Of a stretch of DNA of 64,000 bases, positions 54,999-64,000 are shown piece by piece. Numbering within the stretch: position 1 is the stretch's first letter; every line of letters starts with the position of its first letter. The notes under the pieces were generated by a model, which was not told the DNA's origin, did no database searches, and was given only the letters and a program-made list of their open reading frames with translations. The DNA comes from TPA_inf: Saccharomyces (Eukaryota). The stretch spans positions 480,001 to 544,000 of the forward strand of contig BK006941.2 in assembly GCA_000146045.2 (NCBI GenBank), given 5' to 3'. Position numbers and translations under genes: made by a program.

Positions 54999-55210
54999 AC
55001 ACAAATGCACGGATGCATATATAAAATATAGAATTTTGCTTTATATTATTTTGAGCGGGCTAGAATCCACTCAGTGTACAAAGTACTATTCATTATATTG
55101 AACTGAAGAGGCAAGAACTATTTAGCTCAATCAACCACCTTAATAAAGTATTTGGAGTGATATATCGGCTTGTTTTAGTTTAATTCTTGTGGATATTTAG
55201 ATATCAAGGT

Positions 55211-55530
55211 TGTTGGAATAAAAATCCACTATCGTCTATCAACTAATAGTTATATTATCAATATATTATCATATACGGTGTTAAGATGATGACATAAGTT
55301 ATGAGAAGCTGTCATCGAAGTTAGAGGAAGCTGAAGTGCAAGGATTGATAATGTAATAGGATAATGAAACATATAAAACGGAATGAGGAATAATCGTAAT
55401 ATTAGTATGTAGAAATATAGATTCCATTTTGAGGATTCCTATATCCTTGAGGAGAACTTCTAGTATATTCTGTATACCTAATATTATAGCCTTTATCAAC
55501 AATGGAATCCCAACAATTATCTCAACATTC
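55211..55530 (+). repeat. Solo Ty1 LTR (delta) fragment, forward orientation, 3'-truncated (lacks the last ~17 bp) with a small internal deletion
   Basis: Begins TGTTGGAATAAAAATCC and is about 97% identical to the LTRs of the downstream Ty1, ending at ...CTCAACATTC. Confidence 0.8.
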
Positions 55531-55752
55531 CCCCATTTTTCAAAGGTAATTTTTGGAATTCCTTGCAAAGCTGTAATTAGGTATACAAAATACACTAGAT
55601 ACTCTACTCGACGATATAGTAATCCTCATAAGGGAATCGGTATTTCTAATATTACGTTATTTTTATTTTCTTTTACTGTTTTCTATGTTGTAGTTCATAA
55701 TTCCATAACATTATTAATCCTAGTGCTTCAGCTTCCATTGAATCTGATGACT
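55531..55752 (-). repeat. Diverged Ty1/Ty2-type LTR (delta) fragment in inverted orientation, truncated at both ends
   Basis: The reverse complement aligns to LTR positions ~100-325 (…GGAAGCTGAAGCAC…GGAATGAGGATT…AGGATTACTATATCGTCGAGTAGAG…) with about 20% divergence. Confidence 0.6.
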
Positions 55753-55759
55753 TTTTCTC

Positions 55760-56097
55760 TGTTGGAATAAAAATCCACTATCGTCTATCAACTAATAGTT
55801 ATATTATCAATATATTATCATATACGGTGTTAAGATGATGACATAAGTTATGAGAAGCTGTCATCGAAGTTAGAGGAAGCTGAAACGCAAGGATTGATAA
55901 TGTAATAGGATCAATGAATATAAACATATAAAACGGAATGAGGAATAATCGTAATATTAGTATGTAGAAATATAGATTCCATTTTGAGGATTCCTATATC
56001 CTCGAGGAGAACTTCTAGTATATTCTGTATACCTAATATTATAGCCTTTATCAACAATGGAATCCCAACAATTATCTCAACATTCACATATTTCTCA
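55760..56097 (+). repeat. Ty1 5' LTR (delta), 338 bp
   Basis: TGTTGGAATAAAAATCC…CATATTTCTCA. The TYA start codon lies inside it, as in Ty1. Confidence 0.9.
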
Positions 56098-57379
56098 TGG
56101 TAGCGCCTGTGCTTCGGTTACTTCTAAGGAAGTCCACACAAATCAAGATCCGTTAGACGTTTCAGCTTCCAAAACAGAAGAATGTGAGAAGGCTTCCACT
56201 AAGGCTAACTCTCAACAGACAACAACACCTGCTTCATCAGCTGTTCCAGAGAACCCCCATCATGCCTCTCCTCAAACTGCTCAGTCACATTCACCACAGA
56301 ATGGGCCGTACCCACAGCAGTGCATGATGACCCAAAACCAAGCCAATCCATCTGGTTGGTCATTTTACGGACACCCATCTATGATTCCGTATACACCTTA
56401 TCAAATGTCGCCTATGTACTTTCCACCTGGGCCACAATCACAGTTTCCGCAGTATCCATCATCAGTTGGAACGCCTCTGAGCACTCCATCACCTGAGTCA
56501 GGTAATACATTTACTGATTCATCCTCAGCGGACTCTGATATGACATCCACTAAAAAATATGTCAGACCACCACCAATGTTAACCTCACCTAATGACTTTC
56601 CAAATTGGGTTAAAACATACATCAAATTTTTACAAAACTCGAATCTCGGTGGTATTATTCCGACAGTAAACGGAAAACCCGTACGTCAGATCACTGATGA
56701 TGAACTCACCTTCTTGTATAACACTTTTCAAATATTTGCTCCCTCTCAATTCCTACCTACCTGGGTCAAAGACATCCTATCCGTTGATTATACGGATATC
56801 ATGAAAATTCTTTCCAAAAGTATTGAAAAAATGCAATCTGATACCCAAGAGGCAAACGACATTGTGACCCTGGCAAATTTGCAATATAATGGCAGTACAC
56901 CTGCAGATGCATTTGAAACAAAAGTCACAAACATTATCGACAGACTGAACAATAATGGCATTCATATCAATAACAAGGTCGCATGCCAATTAATTATGAG
57001 AGGTCTATCTGGCGAATATAAATTTTTACGCTACACACGTCATCGACATCTAAATATGACAGTCGCTGAACTGTTCTTAGATATCCATGCTATTTATGAA
57101 GAACAACAGGGATCGAGAAACAGCAAACCTAATTACAGGAGAAATCTGAGTGATGAGAAGAATGATTCTCGCAGCTATACGAATACAACCAAACCCAAAG
57201 TTATAGCTCGGAATCCTCAAAAAACAAATAATTCGAAATCGAAAACAGCCAGGGCTCACAATGTATCCACATCTAATAACTCTCCCAGCACGGACAACGA
57301 TTCCATCAGTAAATCAACTACTGAACCGATTCAATTGAACAATAAGCACGACCTTCACCTTAGGCCAGGAACTTACTGA
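56057..57379 (+). CDS. TYA: Ty1 Gag (TYA), 440 aa
   Basis: [34 protein letters not shown]… is the canonical Ty1 Gag. It ends at TGA 57377-57379. Confidence 0.93.
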   Translation: MESQQLSQHSHISHGSACASVTSKEVHTNQDPLDVSASKTEECEKASTKANSQQTTTPASSAVPENPHHASPQTAQSHSPQNGPYPQQCMMTQNQANPSGWSFYGHPSMIPYTPYQMSPMYFPPGPQSQFPQYPSSVGTPLSTPSPESGNTFTDSSSADSDMTSTKKYVRPPPMLTSPNDFPNWVKTYIKFLQNSNLGGIIPTVNGKPVRQITDDELTFLYNTFQIFAPSQFLPTWVKDILSVDYTDIMKILSKSIEKMQSDTQEANDIVTLANLQYNGSTPADAFETKVTNIIDRLNNNGIHINNKVACQLIMRGLSGEYKFLRYTRHRHLNMTVAELFLDIHAIYEEQQGSRNSKPNYRRNLSDEKNDSRSYTNTTKPKVIARNPQKTNNSKSKTARAHNVSTSNNSPSTDNDSISKSTTEPIQLNNKHDLHLRPGTY

Positions 57380-60300
57380 ATCTACGGTAAATCACACTAA
57401 TCATTCTGATGATGAACTCCCTGGACACCTCCTTCTCGATTCAGGAGCATCACGAACCCTTATAAGATCTGCTCATCACATACACTCAGCATCATCTAAT
57501 CCTGACATAAACGTAGTTGATGCTCAAAAAAGAAATATACCAATTAACGCTATTGGTGACCTACAATTTCACTTCCAGGACAACACCAAAACATCAATAA
57601 AGGTATTGCACACTCCTAACATAGCCTATGACTTACTCAGTTTGAATGAATTGGCTGCAGTAGATATCACAGCATGCTTTACCAAAAACGTCTTAGAACG
57701 ATCTGACGGCACTGTACTTGCACCTATCGTACAATATGGAGACTTTTACTGGGTATCTAAAAGGTACTTGCTTCCATCAAATATCTCCGTACCCACCATC
57801 AATAATGTCCATACAAGTGAAAGTACACGCAAATATCCTTATCCTTTCATTCATCGAATGCTTGCGCATGCCAATGCACAGACAATTCGATACTCACTTA
57901 AAAATAACACCATCACGTATTTTAACGAATCAGATGTCGACTGGTCTAGTGCTATTGACTATCAATGTCCTGATTGTTTAATCGGCAAAAGCACCAAACA
58001 CAGACATATCAAAGGTTCACGACTAAAATACCAAAATTCATACGAACCCTTTCAATACCTACATACTGACATATTTGGTCCAGTTCACAACCTACCAAAA
58101 AGTGCACCATCCTATTTCATCTCATTTACTGATGAGACAACAAAATTCCGTTGGGTTTATCCATTGCACGACCGTCGCGAGGACTCTATCCTCGATGTAT
58201 TTACCACGATACTAGCTTTCATTAAAAACCAATTTCAGGCCAGTGTCTTGGTTATACAAATGGACCGTGGTTCTGAGTATACTAACAGAACTCTCCATAA
58301 ATTCCTTGAAAAAAATGGTATAACTCCATGCTATACAACCACAGCGGATTCCCGAGCACATGGAGTCGCTGAACGGCTAAACCGTACCTTATTAGATGAC
58401 TGCCGTACTCAACTGCAATGTAGTGGTTTACCGAACCATTTATGGTTCTCTGCAATCGAATTTTCTACTATTGTGAGAAATTCACTAGCTTCACCTAAAA
58501 GCAAAAAATCTGCAAGACAACATGCTGGCTTGGCAGGACTTGATATCAGTACTTTGTTACCTTTCGGTCAACCTGTTATCGTCAATGATCACAACCCTAA
58601 CTCCAAAATACATCCTCGTGGCATCCCAGGCTACGCTCTACATCCGTCTCGAAACTCTTATGGATATATCATCTATCTTCCATCCTTAAAGAAGACAGTA
58701 GATACAACTAACTATGTTATTCTTCAGGGCAAGGAATCCAGATTAGATCAATTCAATTACGACGCACTCACTTTCGATGAAGACTTAAACCGTTTAACTG
58801 CTTCATATCATTCGTTCATTGCGTCAAATGAGATCCAAGAATCCAATGATCTTAACATAGAATCTGACCATGACTTCCAATCCGACATTGAACTACATCC
58901 TGAGCAACCGAGAAATGTCCTTTCAAAAGCTGTGAGTCCAACCGATTCCACACCTCCGTCAACTCATACTGAAGATTCGAAACGTGTTTCTAAAACCAAT
59001 ATTCGCGCACCCAGAGAAGTTGACCCCAACATATCTGAATCTAATATTCTTCCATCAAAGAAGAGATCTAGCACCCCCCAAATTTCCAATATCGAGAGTA
59101 CCGGTTCGGGTGGTATGCATAAATTAAATGTTCCTTTACTTGCTCCCATGTCCCAATCTAACACACATGAGTCGTCGCACGCCAGTAAATCTAAAGATTT
59201 CAGACACTCAGACTCGTACAGTGAAAATGAGACTAATCATACAAACGTACCAATATCCAGTACGGGTGGTACCAACAACAAAACTGTTCCGCAGATAAGT
59301 GACCAAGAGACTGAGAAAAGGATTATACACCGTTCACCTTCAATCGATGCTTCTCCACCGGAAAATAATTCATCGCACAATATTGTTCCTATCAAAACGC
59401 CAACTACTGTTTCTGAACAGAATACCGAGGAATCTATCATCGCTGATCTCCCACTCCCTGATCTACCTCCAGAATCTCCTACCGAATTCCCTGACCCATT
59501 TAAAGAACTCCCACCGATCAATTCTCGTCAAACTAATTCCAGTTTGGGTGGTATTGGTGACTCTAATGCCTATACTACTATCAACAGTAAGAAAAGATCA
59601 TTAGAAGATAATGAAACTGAAATTAAGGTATCACGAGACACATGGAATACTAAGAATATGCGTAGTTTAGAACCTCCGAGATCGAAGAAACGAATTCACC
59701 TGATTGCAGCTGTAAAAGCAGTAAAATCAATCAAACCAATACGGACAACCTTACGATACGATGAGGCAATCACCTATAATAAAGATATTAAAGAAAAAGA
59801 AAAATATATCGAGGCATACCACAAAGAAGTCAATCAACTGTTGAAGATGAAAACTTGGGACACTGACGAATATTATGACAGAAAAGAAATAGACCCTAAA
59901 AGAGTAATAAACTCAATGTTTATCTTCAACAAGAAACGTGACGGTACTCATAAAGCTAGATTTGTTGCAAGAGGTGATATTCAGCATCCTGACACTTACG
60001 ACTCAGGCATGCAATCCAATACCGTACATCACTATGCATTAATGACATCCCTGTCACTTGCATTAGACAATAACTACTATATTACACAATTAGACATATC
60101 TTCGGCATATTTGTATGCAGACATCAAAGAAGAATTATACATAAGACCTCCACCACATTTAGGAATGAATGATAAGTTGATACGTTTGAAGAAATCACTT
60201 TATGGATTGAAACAAAGTGGAGCGAACTGGTACGAAACTATCAAATCATACCTGATACAACAATGTGGTATGGAAGAAGTTCGTGGATGGTCATGCGTAT

Positions 60301-61325
60301 TTAAAAACAGTCAAGTGACAATTTGTTTATTCGTAGATGATATGGTATTGTTTAGCAAAAATCTAAATTCAAACAAAAGAATTATAGACAAGCTTAAGAT
60401 GCAATACGACACCAAGATTATAAATCTAGGCGAAAGTGATGAGGAAATTCAATATGACATTCTTGGCTTGGAAATCAAATACCAAAGAGGTAAATACATG
60501 AAATTGGGTATGGAAAACTCATTAACTGAAAAAATACCCAAACTAAACGTACCTTTGAACCCAAAAGGAAGGAAACTTAGCGCTCCAGGTCAACCAGGTC
60601 TATATATAGACCAGCAAGAACTAGAGCTAGAAGAAGATGATTACAAAATGAAGGTACATGAAATGCAAAAGCTGATAGGTCTAGCATCATATGTTGGATA
60701 TAAATTTAGATTTGACCTATTATACTACATCAACACACTTGCACAACATATACTATTTCCGTCCAAGCAAGTGTTAGATATGACATATGAATTGATACAG
60801 TTCATATGGAATACGAGAGATAAGCAATTAATATGGCACAAAAGCAAACCTGTTAAGCCAACAAATAAATTAGTTGTTATAAGCGATGCCTCGTATGGCA
60901 ACCAACCGTATTATAAATCACAAATTGGCAACATATATTTACTTAATGGAAAGGTAATTGGAGGAAAGTCCACCAAGGCTTCATTAACATGTACTTCAAC
61001 TACGGAAGCAGAAATACACGCGATAAGTGAATCTGTCCCATTATTAAATAATCTAAGTTACCTGATACAAGAACTTGACAAGAAACCAATTACCAAAGGA
61101 TTACTAACCGACAGTAAATCTACAATCAGTATAATTATATCCAATAATGAAGAGAAATTTAGGAACAGATTTTTTGGTACTAAAGCAATGAGATTGAGAG
61201 ATGAAGTATCAGGAAATCATCTGCACGTATGCTATATCGAAACCAAAAAGAATATTGCAGACGTAATGACCAAACCTCTTCCGATAAAAACATTCAAACT
61301 ATTAACAAACAAATGGATTCATTAG
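56057..61325 (+). CDS. TYB: Ty1 Gag-Pol (TYA-TYB) polyprotein, 1755 aa, made by +1 ribosomal frameshift at CTT-AGG-C (57359-57365); Pol frame 57363..61325 encodes protease, integrase, RT and RNase H
   Basis: The frameshift heptamer CUUAGGC lies 4 codons before the TYA stop. The +1 frame continues [33 protein letters not shown] (protease DSGAS) through integrase HHCC/DDE and the RT YVDDM motif (LFVDDMV) to 61325. Confidence 0.9.
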
Positions 61326-61347
61326 ATCTATTACATTATGGGTGGTA

Positions 61348-61685
61348 TGTTGGAATAAAAATCCACTATCGTCTATCAACTAATAGTTATATTATCAATA
61401 TATTATCATATACGGTGTTAAGATGATGACATAAGTTATGAGAAGCTGTCATCGAAGTTAGAGGAAGCTGAAACGCAAGGATTGATAATGTAATAGGATC
61501 AATGAATATAAACATATAAAACGGAATGAGGAATAATCGTAATATTAGTATGTAGAAATATAGATTCCATTTTGAGGATTCCTATATCCTCGAGGAGAAC
61601 TTCTAGTATATTCTGTATACCTAATATTATAGCCTTTATCAACAATGGAATCCCAACAATTATCTCAACATTCACATATTTCTCA
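61348..61685 (+). repeat. Ty1 3' LTR (delta), 338 bp, identical to 5' LTR by eye
   Basis: Same 338-bp sequence as 55760-56097, immediately preceded by the PPT. Confidence 0.9.
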
Positions 61686-61849
61686 TTCTCAATCTTCATG
61701 GTATCTTTTTTACACCGTATATGATAAAATACAAGTAATATAAATACCAGCCACTGGATGACATTGAAATTTTATTCTAATAAATGCATCAGCTCTTTAA
61801 AAACATTGCTATTTAGCTATTTGAAGCCAGAAATTTTCACAGATTACCA

Positions 61850-61921
61850 TCCGATATAGTGTAACGGCTATCACATCACGCTTTCACCGTGGAGACCGGG
61901 GTTCGACTCCCCGTATCGGAG
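61850..61921 (+). tRNA. tE(UUC): tRNA-Glu (anticodon UUC)
   Basis: TCCGATATAGTGTAACGGCTATCACATCACGCTTTCACCGTGGAGACCGGGGTTCGACTCCCCGTATCGGAG has A-box TAGTGTAACGG and B-box GGTTCGACTCC, with anticodon TTC. A T-run follows. Confidence 0.93.
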
Positions 61922-62109
61922 TGTTCTTTTTCTTACCTCTTGAAAAAGAGGTAGTAAAGTCAATATAAATTCTTGGCTGAAGTATTTCAATACAATTGGT
62001 CAAGGAAGTTATTATTTTTTTAATGACTTATATCTGTCCAACACAACAGGTTACACCATATAATCTCTATTTACTGGACAGGCGGAAATCGATAGTTTAG
62101 CTTTCCTAA

Positions 62110-63291
<1,182 letters not shown>

Positions 63292-63552
63292 GGAAGGAAA
63301 ATTAGAAAAAAAAGAAGAAAGCTTTTTATTCACGCATCATATCATATCAGATAAGCTAGTTTTCACATAATATGTGTATATGCAGTATACTCCTGTACAT
63401 AACTTCCTTTATTTCTGCTTTATAATTATATACTAGTTATTTTTCTTGGGCCGCTTTTATTACGGCAACTATTCTATCAGGTTTAGTCATAATCTAAATC
63501 TAAAGATGGGGAAAAGCCAAAAACACTCAACTTTCAATGAATACAAAGCTTC

Positions 63553-64000
63553 ATGAAAGCAATAGATAAAATGACGGATAATCCACCACAAGAAGGCTTA
63601 AGTGGGAGGAAAATAATATATGACGAAGATGGCAAACCGTATGTTGGATTACGCAAAGCAATTCAGGATCTACTGATCCAATCAAGCTTGTGATTTTTTA
63701 TTAACAAATTCTCTATAATAGTTGCCGATCATGTAACACCCTACTTGACTTTCAGTACGTGACCGGGAAGATATCTAATGGCCTGAAGAACCTCTCATCT
63801 AACGGTAAACTAGCAGGTACGGGGGCTCTCACTGGCGAAGCTTCAGAGTTGATGCCTGGCTCAAGAACATACAGGAAGGTTGACCCTCCTGACGTAGAGC
63901 AACTAGGTAGATCTTCATGGACGCTGTTACACTCTGTAGCTGCCAGCTATCCTGCTCAACCTACAGACCAACAGAAGGGTGAAATGAAACAGTTCTTGAA
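63553..64000 (+). CDS. ERV1: Mitochondrial IMS sulfhydryl oxidase Erv1 (FAD-linked), exon 1 63553-63638, intron 63639-63721, exon 2 63722->64000 (3' end beyond window)
   Basis: Exon 1 reads MKAIDKMTDNPPQEGLSGRKIIYDEDGKP| and is followed by GTATGT. Exon 2 after the 3' AG reads CRSCNTLLDFQYVTGKISNGLKN…, including the CxxC shuttle motif CRSC. The branchpoint is non-consensus TATTAAC at 63699-63705. Confidence 0.85.

Larger units (their letters stand above)
55760..61685 (+). mobile_element. Full-length Ty1 LTR retrotransposon (5926 bp) flanked by the 5-bp target-site duplication TTCTC (55755-55759 and 61686-61690)
   Basis: Two identical 338-bp LTRs (TG…CA), a tRNA-iMet primer-binding site TGGTAGCGCC at 56098-56107, a polypurine tract GGGTGGTA at 61340-61347, and TYA/TYB ORFs with the Ty1 +1 frameshift heptamer CTTAGGC. 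Confidence 0.95.

Noticed and set aside
55299-55770. ORFs 55299-55595 (-) and 55429-55770 (+) and 61499-61699 (-) within delta/LTR sequence
   Set aside because: They lie wholly inside Ty1 LTR sequence. The same reading frame appears in each LTR copy, and LTRs are non-coding except for the first TYA codons.

Overview
This window reads as Saccharomyces cerevisiae nuclear DNA, and protein identities and gene order match the chromosome VII pericentromeric region (YGL008C PMA1 through YGR029W ERV1) with the point centromere CEN7 in the middle. I recognise about 30 protein-coding genes: PMA1 (3' end cut by the window), PMC1, COG7, RPN14, CDH1, ERP6, ERG26, EFM5/YGR001C (two introns), SWC4, CUL3, PEX31, TFG2, PRP18, ECT1, STF2, SEC9, NMA2, MCY1/YGR012W, SNU71, MSB2, YGR015C, YGR016W, YGR017W, UGA1, VMA7, YGR021W, MTL1, THG1, YGR026W, RPS25A, MSP1 and ERV1 (intron-containing, 3' end cut). 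There are two tRNA genes, tRNA-Asp(GUC) and tRNA-Glu(UUC). A full-length Ty1 retrotransposon (identical 338-bp LTRs, 5-bp target-site duplication TTCTC, TYA/TYB with +1 frameshift, PBS and PPT) sits about 165 bp upstream of the tRNA-Glu gene, with older solo-delta remnants beside it, which is a classic Pol III-associated Ty insertion hotspot. I see no prokaryotic-style defence or CRISPR system and no convincing novel system. The features worth a second look are the centromere architecture, the nested Ty1/delta hotspot, splicing signals missed by the ORF track (EFM5 two introns; ERV1 non-consensus branchpoint), tandem coding repeats in the mucin-like sensors MSB2 and MTL1, candidate promoter elements (Crz1 CDRE at PMC1, UAS-GABA at UGA1, STRE at STF2, Rap1 at RPS25A), and unusual GC-rich intergenic islands. 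Gene identifications rest on recognising the translated proteins and on gene order, not on a database search.
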